A stretch of DNA of 30,086 nt from Candidatus Woesearchaeota archaeon (lineage in GTDB: Archaea > Nanobdellota > Nanobdellia > Woesearchaeales > GW2011-AR15), in contig JAVZBY010000008.1 of assembly GCA_038874655.1 (NCBI GenBank), positions 1,133 through 31,218 of the forward strand. The letters run 5' to 3'. Every line of letters starts with the position of its first letter. The stretch's first letter is position 1. This document shows, piece after piece, positions 10,224 through 19,082 of the stretch. The translations under genes and the position numbers were made by a program. The notes below the pieces were generated by a model. It was not told the DNA's origin. It did not search any database and saw only the letters and a list, made by a program, of their open reading frames with translations.

Positions 10224-10514
10224 TTAATCGTCTTGATGTGTGGTTACTTCTTCAATTAGAACAGCACCACAGGTAACTTTGTCAATACTATGAATGGCTG
10301 CTCCGTTTTCTTCAATTATTTCTTTTATCTTATTGTAGTTTAAATTTTGTCCTTGAATTGTTATTTTTACATTTTCTACTTTGCTATCTATTTCGTAAAC
10401 ACTTATGTCTACACCATCAACACCTTTTAAATCAGCTAATGTAGAAGCTAATTTTAAAATAATTGGTTCGTGTGGTTTTAAAACATCTAATACTAATAAT
10501 CTAACATTACTCAT
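10224..10514 (-). CDS. DUF211 family protein
   Basis: RLLVLDVLKPHEP and GAAIHSIDKV are DUF211 hallmarks. ATG at 10514 is preferred over GTG at 10520 because an AGGTG SD sits just upstream. Confidence 0.88.
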   Translation of the reverse strand: MSNVRLLVLDVLKPHEPIILKLASTLADLKGVDGVDISVYEIDSKVENVKITIQGQNLNYNKIKEIIEENGAAIHSIDKVTCGAVLIEEVTTHQDD

Positions 10515-10807
10515 AATCACACCTTTATTTTTTTACTTTTTTTGTTTTGATTTGTTTTTTATTTTTTATATTTGTAATTAAAATTTAAAATAAATTAGTG
10601 GTTAAAAGTAAAATATTTATATAGTTTTTGGTTTATTATTAATAATTTTTTATTATTTTATAGATAATATTTTATATTTATATTAACTAAATTGATTTTT
10701 ATTAATTAAAGAATTAGTTACTGATATTTTTTTTTAAAAAGGTATTACTTGTTTTTAGTTTTATTGTTATAGAAAATTATAAATAAATTATTATCTTATT
10801 ATGGGTT

Positions 10808-11263
10808 ATGTCAAACAGCATTTTTTGTAAAATAGTTTCAGGAGAAATTGATTACCATAAAATATGGGAAGATGAAAAACATATTGCATTTCTTTTAATT
10901 TACCCTAACACAGAAGGAGCTAGTGTAGTTATTCCTAAAAAACATTATCCTAGTTATGTTTTTGATTTAGAGGATAAGGTTTTATGTGATTTAGTAATTG
11001 CTGCTAAAAAAGTAGCAAAGTTATTAGATGAAAAATTAGATGATGTTGGTAGAACTGCTTTAGTTTTTGAGGGTTTTGGTGTTGATCATGTTCATGCAAA
11101 ACTTTTTCCAATGCATGGAACAAAAATGAAAGAATGGAAACCAATAAAGTCAAATGTTAATAAATTTTTTAAAAAATATGAAGGTTATATTTCTTCGCAT
11201 GATTATAAAAGGGAGGATGATGAGAATCTTAGAAGATTGGCTGAGAGAATTAGAGAGAGATGA
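10808..11263 (+). CDS. HIT family nucleotide hydrolase (HxHxK variant)
   Basis: SIFCKIVSGEI, VVIPKKH and GFGVDHVHAKLFPMHG. Confidence 0.88.
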   Translation: MSNSIFCKIVSGEIDYHKIWEDEKHIAFLLIYPNTEGASVVIPKKHYPSYVFDLEDKVLCDLVIAAKKVAKLLDEKLDDVGRTALVFEGFGVDHVHAKLFPMHGTKMKEWKPIKSNVNKFFKKYEGYISSHDYKREDDENLRRLAERIRER

Positions 11264-11327
11264 TTGTTGTATAATTTTTTACTAATTAATAGTAATTTTT
11301 AAATATTATCTCCTTTTTAACAATGAA

Positions 11328-12881
11328 ATGCAAAAAGTAAGTAGAAGAGAATTTTTAAAAATCTTGGGATTATCAGGATTATCTTTATTTTTGTATGGTT
11401 GTGGTATTGATCCTAAAAAAATACAAACAGAAGAGCCTGTACAACAAAAAATAAATGTATATCCTAATCTAAATGCTATTCAAGATCCTTTAGCTGATTT
11501 TTATAGATTATTAAGGTTATATTATGATAATAAAGTTTTAGAACAAATATCTAATTCTTTATCATACGGATTCTATATGAAAAATCCAGAAATAAATGGA
11601 ATTGAGAAAAATATTTCTTCTTTAGTTAGTTTTTTGGATATGTCTGGAGAGATTTCAGTTAATGGTAATCATGAGGAAGTATTTAGGAGATTGAAAATTT
11701 ATTTAGATAATGCTGCAATTTCAGAAGCAAATAGTATCATACAAAGAAATTATGCAGCAATTTTTCCAATTATTTCTAGAATTATAATCTCTTTTTCACC
11801 ATTAGATACCTTTGCAGATGTTTTAGATGCAATAAGATATGTCATTGATAAAAAAGATATAATGGGGTTAGAACAAAGTGAAGTTGATAACAAAATGAAT
11901 CTAGCTTCTCTGTATATAGGTTCTATTTTCTCAGCAGGAACCATTGGAGATCTTCCAGATGATATTAATGATATAAAAAGAGCTGCAAGAGTTTTTACAC
12001 ATTTAGATGATAATAGTGAATTAGTTTTTTATATAATGCGAAATAATGGAGATTATGTTAGAGTTTTTAAACAAGGAGAGAATTTTGTTGAAGAAGCAAT
12101 AAATGCTGAAAAATGGGAAGAATTAATTTTAAATTCTTTAAAGGGAAGTAATAATGTTTTAGATGTGGGAACAGGTTCTAAGTTAGCATCAAAAGTAGAT
12201 ATATCTTCTAATCTGAGAGTTTTAAGTAATGGTCAAATAGTTGCCTTAGAGCCAGATCCAAAGGCATGGAGAGAAGCTATTAATTATATCTTGTCAGGAA
12301 ATCCAGAAGAATATACTAAAGGTATGCAGGTTTTAGGAAGCCAATATGCAGTTAATCCAGATTCATTAAGTAGGTTATTAAAATCAGGTAGTTTTTCTGG
12401 TTATAGATCTGTTTTTCCAAGTGATAGTTTATTAGAATCAACATTGAACCCAAAAGTTTTAGAAGAAGTGAAAAATTTGCCTAATGGTGGTGTAATCTTT
12501 CAAAATTGGACACCAATACCTTCTAGAGCACTTTTTGCTTTAGAAACTGGAATACAAGGATTCCCAAATGAATTTTTAGGATATTTAGCTGGAAAATTTG
12601 GTGTAAAAACAAATCAAGAAGCTTTACAAAAATTAGCTGAGCTTTATCGATGGAGATGGTCAAATAATCCAGATGATGTAGCAAAATATGTTGCATGGGT
12701 AAAAAATAATCCAACTTTGTGGGAAGAATATTTTAAAACATTAGGTTATAATGCAAGACTTGCAATTGGAGATGAATTATATGAATTAGGAACTAGTTTT
12801 GCAGGTGCTAATACACTTAATTTAAGACAGCTTGGAATAACTATAAATTTACCACAAACTATTGTTGATATTTATAGGTGA
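11328..12881 (+). CDS. twin-arginine lipoprotein; putative polymorphic-toxin-like protein with PT-TG-like segment and SAM-methyltransferase-like C-terminal domain
   Basis: SRREFLK, hydrophobic stretch and lipobox LYG-C25; aa ~153-204 PT-TG-like; VLDVGTG (aa 277-283) and IVALEPD (aa 304-310). The CDS and signal peptide are solid; the function is inferred. Confidence 0.6.
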   Translation: MQKVSRREFLKILGLSGLSLFLYGCGIDPKKIQTEEPVQQKINVYPNLNAIQDPLADFYRLLRLYYDNKVLEQISNSLSYGFYMKNPEINGIEKNISSLVSFLDMSGEISVNGNHEEVFRRLKIYLDNAAISEANSIIQRNYAAIFPIISRIIISFSPLDTFADVLDAIRYVIDKKDIMGLEQSEVDNKMNLASLYIGSIFSAGTIGDLPDDINDIKRAARVFTHLDDNSELVFYIMRNNGDYVRVFKQGENFVEEAINAEKWEELILNSLKGSNNVLDVGTGSKLASKVDISSNLRVLSNGQIVALEPDPKAWREAINYILSGNPEEYTKGMQVLGSQYAVNPDSLSRLLKSGSFSGYRSVFPSDSLLESTLNPKVLEEVKNLPNGGVIFQNWTPIPSRALFALETGIQGFPNEFLGYLAGKFGVKTNQEALQKLAELYRWRWSNNPDDVAKYVAWVKNNPTLWEEYFKTLGYNARLAIGDELYELGTSFAGANTLNLRQLGITINLPQTIVDIYR

Positions 12882-12887
12882 TTAAAA

Positions 12888-13352
12888 ATGAATAACTCAA
12901 ATCAAAATTTAGAAGACGTATTAACGAATTTAGTAGGATTAACTTTTGAAGTTTATATGATGGCAAATGATAAAGGAGAATTATATTTAGAATCTAAACC
13001 TAGAAGAGAAAAATCTAAACCTAGACGAGATATTAACACTAATTCTTCATATTCATTTAATTTAGGAAATTTAACAGGCTTAAATCCAAAACCTGGTGAG
13101 AGTTATTTAGTTAGTTTGAAAATAGAACACCTTTCTGATTATTATAAAATAGTATTATCTGTGAGATTAAATAGTGCAAACGAGGATAGGGGAGAAATTC
13201 CAACTTTCTTTAATGGGGAATATATAATACCTACAAATAGGTTAGAAGAAACTATTAAACAACCCTTTATGGATTTACTTTATTTTATAAAGAAATACAA
13301 AGGATTAAAAAACCCTAATCAATATGGTTTAATAAGGAGTATATCAAATTAA
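12888..13352 (+). CDS. hypothetical protein (candidate immunity/partner of the upstream lipoprotein)
   Basis: 154 aa; starts 6 nt after the upstream stop, with SD AGGTGA overlapping that stop codon. Confidence 0.65.
   Translation: MNNSNQNLEDVLTNLVGLTFEVYMMANDKGELYLESKPRREKSKPRRDINTNSSYSFNLGNLTGLNPKPGESYLVSLKIEHLSDYYKIVLSVRLNSANEDRGEIPTFFNGEYIIPTNRLEETIKQPFMDLLYFIKKYKGLKNPNQYGLIRSISN
12991..13032 (+). repeat. 21-nt tandem duplication (19/21 identical) encoding SKPRRE-K-SKPRRD
   Basis: aatctaaacctagaagagaaa / aatctaaacctagacgagata. Confidence 0.75.
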
Positions 13353-15179
13353 TTTTACCATATACACTTCTTCCCTTTCATAGCCTAACTTTCTATAATA
13401 ATTTCTAACCCCAATTCCACTTATAACAACAATCTTATTTTTTCCATTTTCTTTTGCAATTTGCTCTGCTTTTTGCAATAATTTTTTTCCTAATCCTTTA
13501 TGCTGTATTTCTCCTTCTTCGCCTATTCCAGTAAGAGAGCCAACAACATGCAATTCTCTAATAAGAGCTGATTCTTTAGTAATTTCTTTTCTTAAGAATT
13601 GGCTTGGAAATCTTAATCTGCAATAGCCAAATAATGCTTTTCTGTCTTTTGTTTCTGCAGATATAAAAAATTCAACTCCTTTTGATGCTTCATACTTTTC
13701 AACAAAAATTTCATAATTATCAGGTTTAAATTTTTCACCTTTTAATGAAAGTAAGCCAGCTTCTCTGCATCTAATACATTTACAATTTATATTTTTTTCA
13801 TGCAATTTTTTTTCAACATATTGTCTTAGATTTGTTTTATCAACACCAGCATCAGTTATATTACTTGGAATGTCTCTTTGCACTCTCATTATTCTTATCC
13901 AATGAGGAATATGTTTTTTAAATTCACTTATGATTTCAGCAGCTTCTTCTGTTGTAATAGGTTTGTATTTGCCTAATTTCCATAAATTATAAAGTGCTGT
14001 TCCTTTCATTACAAGTGTAGGATAAATCTTAAACATGTCTGGCCTGAAATCTGGATTTTTTATTGTTTCAATAAGCATTTCAATATCTTTTTGTTTATTT
14101 GATAAAGGTAAGCCAGGCATCATATGATAGTTTATTTTAAATCCTAAATCTTTAAGAATTCTAGTTGATTCAATTGAATCTTTTATAGTATGGCCTCTAT
14201 TTACAAATTTTATTATTTTTTCATCAGTAGCTTGAATACCTAATTCAACTCTTGTGCAACCAAATTTAAGCATTTCATTTCCATGTTCTAGTTTGCCATA
14301 ATCTGGTTTTGTTTCAATGGTTAAACCAACACATTTTATAATAGAATTTTCGTTTTTTATTTGTTCTTTTTCCAAATCATTTTCAATTTTTTCAAAAGTT
14401 ATTTTTTTCTCTTGATTGATATTTTTAAGGTCGAGTGTTTTTTTTTGTATTCTTTTTGTTCTTTCTAAATCATCTTTATCAGAGGGAAGTTCAAAAAATT
14501 CTTTGAATTTTTTATAATCCAATTCTTTGTTTTTTGTTCCTTTTTTTTTAATATAAAAGTTATCAGAAAAATCGTTCATTGCTTTAAAAATATCTTTAAC
14601 AAAATTATATTTATAATATGGGTCCATTGCTAAAAAAGTTCCACCTTGTATGATAACTTCTGTTTTTTCTGGGTTTTGATTTAAAATAATGTATTGCTCT
14701 AATCTATTAAAAACAACTAAATATGGATCATAATTATTTCTTATTGAGCGCATTGTACTAGGTTCTTTTCCAGTATAGGATTGTGGAACATCTCCATATA
14801 TGCTACCTAAACCACCAGGGCAATAAATACATGTTCCATGAGGGCATTTATTAGGCTTTGTCATTAAAGCTATTGGAGCAACACCTGACAAAGTTCTGGT
14901 TGGTTTTGTTATTAAACTTAATTTTTTTATTTCAGTAGGATTACTATATAAAATAATCTCTGCATCTGTAGGTATTTTTTTTAGGTTATATTTTTTTGAA
15001 AGTTTAATTTTTAAGCTATTGAGATCATCTTTAGTTAAAGATTTTTTTGATTTTCCTATTTTTAATAGAATTTTGATAATTTCTCTGTAAAATTTAAGTT
15101 CATTGCTAATCACTTGACTAGTTAAATATTTCATTTTTTTTGAGTTTTTTGATATAAACTTCTTTTTTTTTGAAAGCAT
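13344..15179 (-). CDS. elp3: tRNA U34 carboxymethyltransferase Elp3 (radical SAM + GNAT)
   Basis: KPTRTLSGVA, CPHGTCIYCPGG, QSYTGKEP, ETKPD, RVELGIQ, KIYPTLV, RVQRDIP, CIRCRE, QHKGLG and ISGIGVRNYYRKLGY. Confidence 0.96.
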   Translation of the reverse strand: MLSKKKKFISKNSKKMKYLTSQVISNELKFYREIIKILLKIGKSKKSLTKDDLNSLKIKLSKKYNLKKIPTDAEIILYSNPTEIKKLSLITKPTRTLSGVAPIALMTKPNKCPHGTCIYCPGGLGSIYGDVPQSYTGKEPSTMRSIRNNYDPYLVVFNRLEQYIILNQNPEKTEVIIQGGTFLAMDPYYKYNFVKDIFKAMNDFSDNFYIKKKGTKNKELDYKKFKEFFELPSDKDDLERTKRIQKKTLDLKNINQEKKITFEKIENDLEKEQIKNENSIIKCVGLTIETKPDYGKLEHGNEMLKFGCTRVELGIQATDEKIIKFVNRGHTIKDSIESTRILKDLGFKINYHMMPGLPLSNKQKDIEMLIETIKNPDFRPDMFKIYPTLVMKGTALYNLWKLGKYKPITTEEAAEIISEFKKHIPHWIRIMRVQRDIPSNITDAGVDKTNLRQYVEKKLHEKNINCKCIRCREAGLLSLKGEKFKPDNYEIFVEKYEASKGVEFFISAETKDRKALFGYCRLRFPSQFLRKEITKESALIRELHVVGSLTGIGEEGEIQHKGLGKKLLQKAEQIAKENGKNKIVVISGIGVRNYYRKLGYEREEVYMVKLI

Positions 15180-15271
15180 TTTATAACAGAAAATAGTTTT
15201 TTTTAAAAATATATTTTTTATCTTTTTTAAAAATCAATAGTTTTTAAAATCTAAAGTTTTTTTATCTTTTT

Positions 15272-15952
15272 ATGATTGATTTTTTTAACTTACAAGAATT
15301 ATTAAAAAAAAATAAAGAGAATCAAAATAGTGAAATAAACCATGTTTTAATTAATTTGTTTCCTCTTAAATCAAATGAAGAAAATAAAAAAAATGATTTT
15401 GAAAATTTAATGAATCTTTTTGATAATCTAATTGATTTACAAATTGAATATAAAATTCCTGTTTTTACAATTTCACTTGGAAAAAAAGAAGATATTGATG
15501 AAGAAATTTTAGAAAAATATCAAGAGAAATTATTAGAAAGAGCAAAAAAATTTAATATTAATATAACTATTTTTGGTAGGTGGTATGATTTTTCTGGTTT
15601 TTTAGTTGAAGCATTAAAAGTTTTAAATAATGCAACAAAGGATTTTGATAAATTTTTTTTGAATATATGTTTAAATTATGATCCAAAACAAGAAATTGCC
15701 GATGCATGTAGAGTTATTATAAGAAAAGTTTATGATGAAAAATTAGATTTTGATTCAATAACACCAGATTTAATAAAAGAAAATATATATAGTTCATATT
15801 TTATGCAACCAGATGTTATAATTGAGCCAAGCAATAAATTCTCAGGAACTTTTTTGTGGGATTCTGTTAATTCTAAAATAGTTTTTTTGAATAAAGAATT
15901 ACAGAAAATAACAAAAGAGGACATTCAAAAGGCGATTTCAGAAAAGATTTAG
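15272..15952 (+). CDS. degenerate cis-prenyltransferase (UppS-fold) homologue, probably non-catalytic
   Basis: LNICLNYDPKQEIADA and PDVIIEP...FSGTFLWDSVNSKIVF align with UppS LNIAxNYGGRxEI and PDLIIRTSGE..SNFLLWQSAYSE, but the DGNRR and RTSGE residues are missing. Confidence 0.75.
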   Translation: MIDFFNLQELLKKNKENQNSEINHVLINLFPLKSNEENKKNDFENLMNLFDNLIDLQIEYKIPVFTISLGKKEDIDEEILEKYQEKLLERAKKFNINITIFGRWYDFSGFLVEALKVLNNATKDFDKFFLNICLNYDPKQEIADACRVIIRKVYDEKLDFDSITPDLIKENIYSSYFMQPDVIIEPSNKFSGTFLWDSVNSKIVFLNKELQKITKEDIQKAISEKI

Positions 15953-16001
15953 GAAAAATTTTTATATAGATTACATCATAGAGTATGTTTGATTTTTTAT
16001 T

Positions 16002-16511
16002 TTATGGTTCTTTTTGATTTGTAAATTTTCCTTTGTATTTTGCTTTTCCTATTGTTTTTTGAAAAATGAATTGGCATATTTTTGTTCCTGAATGCAATTT
16101 TAATGGCACATTGCTCATATTAGTCATTTCTAATACTTGATTATTACTTATTCCAGGTTGCATAAATGAAGCAGATATATGAACCATTAACCCAACTCTT
16201 GCAAATCTGCTTCTTCCTTCTAACCAACCACAAATATTATTTGATAAAGTTATTTCTTCTTCAGTAATGCCTAAAATTGTTTCTCCAGGCATAATTAAAA
16301 TACTTTTTGCTTCTATTAATTTTGTTATTTTTTTATAGTCAGACTCATTTTTAACATCGAAGATTTCGTTTGTTTTTTCAAAAACTCTGAATTTATCACC
16401 TAAACATAAATCAATTGAAGCAGGACCCAAGTTTTCAGGTTTAAATGGTTTTATTTTTATGTTTCCTTTTTTAATTTCTTTTAAGATTTCATTTTTTGTT
16501 AGTATTGACAT
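16002..16511 (-). CDS. dcd: dCTP deaminase
   Basis: LGPASIDLCLG, EGRSRFARVGL, LEMTN and KICQFIF, with a C-terminal YKGKF. Confidence 0.9.
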   Translation of the reverse strand: MSILTKNEILKEIKKGNIKIKPFKPENLGPASIDLCLGDKFRVFEKTNEIFDVKNESDYKKITKLIEAKSILIMPGETILGITEEEITLSNNICGWLEGRSRFARVGLMVHISASFMQPGISNNQVLEMTNMSNVPLKLHSGTKICQFIFQKTIGKAKYKGKFTNQKEP

Positions 16512-16639
16512 ATGATTTTGAAATTTTTATGTTTTAAATACTTTTTTAATTTAATATGATTTTAGTTAATTTTTTTGTTTAATAATTTAAGTTAAAAAAT
16601 AATCAATGAAGCACTAAATTTAAATATGAACTATTTTTT

Positions 16640-18757
16640 ATGGAATGTATGGCTAATCCTAAAACTAAAAAAATTTCTAAATTATCTAAAAATTCTTTTA
16701 AAAATGATAATGAAAAAGGTAGAGATGATATGGTAAGAAAAAATTTGAATAATACTAATGAAAAAAAGCTTGCTAATAAGAAAACATACTTAAAAAAAGA
16801 TCTTGAAAAAAATTTAGAAAAAAAAGAAAATAGTGTTAAAACAGATATAAAAAATAATAATACTAATTTTAATTATGAAACTACTGCAGATATAGATGTT
16901 TCTAAAACAATAATTAATCAAGTTATTGGACAAGATAATGCTGTAAATATAATAAAAAAAGCAGCGCAACAAAGAAGACATGTTTTATTAATCGGAGAGC
17001 CAGGAACAGGAAAATCAATGTTAGGAATGGCATTAGCAGAGTTATTGCCAAAAGAAAAATTAGTTGATGTTTTAGCATTTCCAAATCCTAATGATGAAAA
17101 TCAGCCCTTAATAAGAACAATGCCTGCAGGACAAGGCAGAGAGTTTGTTGCAAGAGCAAAGATGCAAAGTATTTCTTCTATGAAAGGTTCAAATATTTTT
17201 AGTTTTATTTTGATATTAATAGCTACTTTTTTGCCATATTATTTCTGGAAAAATAATTTATTTGTGCCTGATAATACAATAGCAAATTCAATAGTTTATT
17301 CTGCATCTATAATTACAGGAATTATTTTTGTTTTTGCAATTATTTTTATGATGAATTTTGGAAAAAAAATGGAAGTAAAAACACAAGTTCCTAAAATTAT
17401 TGTTGATAATTATGGAAAAAAACAAGTTCCTTTTTTAGATGCAACCGGAGCTCATGCAGGTGCTCTTTTAGGTGATGTTTTACATGATCCGTTTCAATCA
17501 GGTGGATTAGGAACACCAGCTCATGAAAGAGTAGTAGCAGGTATGATTCATAAAGCACATATGGGTGTTTTATTTATTGATGAAATAGCAACATTACAGC
17601 CACAAACACAACAGGAATTATTGACAGCATTACAAGAGGGAAAGTTCGCAATTACAGGTCAATCAGAAAGAAGTGCAGGGGCAATGGTTAGAACAGAGCC
17701 AGTGCCTTGTAATTTTATTTTGGTTGCAGCTGGAAATTTTGATACACTAAAAGATATGCATCCAGCATTAAGATCAAGAATAAGGGGTTATGGATATGAA
17801 GTTTATATGGAAGAAACAATGCCAGATACAGAAGAGAATAGAAATAAAATAGCTATTTTTGTTGCACAAGAAGTAATTAAAGATGGAAAAATACCTCATT
17901 TTACAAAAGAAGCTGTTGAAGAAATTATAAAAGAAGCAAGAAGAAGAGCAAATAGAAAAGGACATTTAACTTTAAGATTAAGGGAATTAGGCGGTTTAGT
18001 AAGAGCAGCAGGAGATTTAGCAATTGAAGAAAATTCTGAATTAGTTAAAGCTGATCATGTTATAAGAGCAAAACAAATTGCAAGAACATTAGAACAACAA
18101 ATTGCAGATAAATACATTGAAAGAAAAAAAGAATACGAAGTTATAAGAACATCAGGAAGCCAAATTGGTAGAGTAAATGGGTTGGCAGTTATAGGTGGAG
18201 GAGCAGCATTTTCTGGAATTATATTGCCAATTGAAGCAGAAGTTACTTTAGGAGGAAAAGAAACAGAGGTTATTGCAACAGGAAAATTGGGAGAAATAGC
18301 TAAAGAAGCAATAAAAAATGTCACAGCTATAATCAAAAAATATTTTGGTGAAGAATTAAGAGAAAAATATGATATTTATGTCCAATTTTTACAAACATAT
18401 GAAGGTGTTGAGGGAGATAGTGCTAGTGTAGCAGTAGCAACAGCAATTATTTCCTCATTTAAAAAATTGCCAATAAGGCAAGAATATGCGATGACAGGTT
18501 CTTTATCAGTCAGAGGTGAAGTTTTACCAGTTGGCGGTGTCACTAGTAAGGTTGAAGCAGCAATAGAAGCAGGCTTAAAATATGTTATTGTGCCAAAAAG
18601 TAATTTAAGAGATATCATAATCCCAGAAGAAAAATTAAGTAAAATAAAGGTTATACCAGTCACATCAATAATAGAGGTTATAGAACAAGCATTAGATTGG
18701 ACAGGAAAAGAGTCAATTTTAAATCAAATAAAAAAAGCAAATAGCGAATATAATTAA
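16640..18757 (+). CDS. lonB: archaeal membrane-anchored ATP-dependent protease LonB
   Basis: Walker A GEPGTGKS, two TM helices inside the AAA domain, LFIDE, HPALRSR, catalytic GDSAS and [10 protein letters not shown]. The true start is uncertain among 16640, 16649 and 16730. Confidence 0.95.
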   Translation: MECMANPKTKKISKLSKNSFKNDNEKGRDDMVRKNLNNTNEKKLANKKTYLKKDLEKNLEKKENSVKTDIKNNNTNFNYETTADIDVSKTIINQVIGQDNAVNIIKKAAQQRRHVLLIGEPGTGKSMLGMALAELLPKEKLVDVLAFPNPNDENQPLIRTMPAGQGREFVARAKMQSISSMKGSNIFSFILILIATFLPYYFWKNNLFVPDNTIANSIVYSASIITGIIFVFAIIFMMNFGKKMEVKTQVPKIIVDNYGKKQVPFLDATGAHAGALLGDVLHDPFQSGGLGTPAHERVVAGMIHKAHMGVLFIDEIATLQPQTQQELLTALQEGKFAITGQSERSAGAMVRTEPVPCNFILVAAGNFDTLKDMHPALRSRIRGYGYEVYMEETMPDTEENRNKIAIFVAQEVIKDGKIPHFTKEAVEEIIKEARRRANRKGHLTLRLRELGGLVRAAGDLAIEENSELVKADHVIRAKQIARTLEQQIADKYIERKKEYEVIRTSGSQIGRVNGLAVIGGGAAFSGIILPIEAEVTLGGKETEVIATGKLGEIAKEAIKNVTAIIKKYFGEELREKYDIYVQFLQTYEGVEGDSASVAVATAIISSFKKLPIRQEYAMTGSLSVRGEVLPVGGVTSKVEAAIEAGLKYVIVPKSNLRDIIIPEEKLSKIKVIPVTSIIEVIEQALDWTGKESILNQIKKANSEYN

Positions 18758-18779
18758 AAACCAATAAGAATTTGGTAAA

Positions 18780-18950
18780 ATGAATTCAAATATAGAGGAG
18801 AGAAATCAAAATAATGAAGTTGATGATTATTCTAAAAAGTATATTAATTTATCAGATAAAAAATTAGATGAAGAATTATTGTTTAAGATTTCTTTAATTG
18901 TTTCTTTAATAAGTTTATTGGCAATTTTTTTGCTTTCAACTAATATGTAA
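18780..18950 (+). CDS. small membrane protein (56 aa, C-terminal TM helix), not in ORF track
   Basis: MNSNIEERNQNNEVDDYSKKYINLSDKKLDEELLFKISLIVSLISLLAIFLLSTNM*; starts 22 nt after the lonB stop with GGT upstream. Confidence 0.6.
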   Translation: MNSNIEERNQNNEVDDYSKKYINLSDKKLDEELLFKISLIVSLISLLAIFLLSTNM

Positions 18951-19036
18951 TTTGATTTTTATCTGTTTTTATCTATTATTTTTTAGCTATATATAAATGA
19001 TTTTTAAATATTTTTTTATTTATTCTCTATTTGAAT

Positions 19037-19051
19037 CGAAACTTATTTAAA
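19037..19051 (+). promoter_or_regulatory. putative BRE + TATA box
   Basis: CGAAA-C-TTATTTAAA about 38 nt upstream of ATG 19089; an SD GGGGGTG precedes that ATG. Confidence 0.5.
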
Positions 19052-19082
19052 GACAAATGCTTATCATATTATAAAAAAGGGG

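Noticed and set aside
12909-12923. LE-x-[VL]-[LI] motif in several orphans (LEDVL here, LENLL in the 28492 ORF, LENLI in the 3840 ORF) as a shared targeting signal
   Set aside because: Too short, at inconsistent positions, and expected by chance in amphipathic helices; it would need proteome-wide statistics.
11750-18663. Short antisense ORFs in the lipoprotein, uppS-like and lonB genes
   Set aside because: Fully nested opposite longer, motif-bearing genes.
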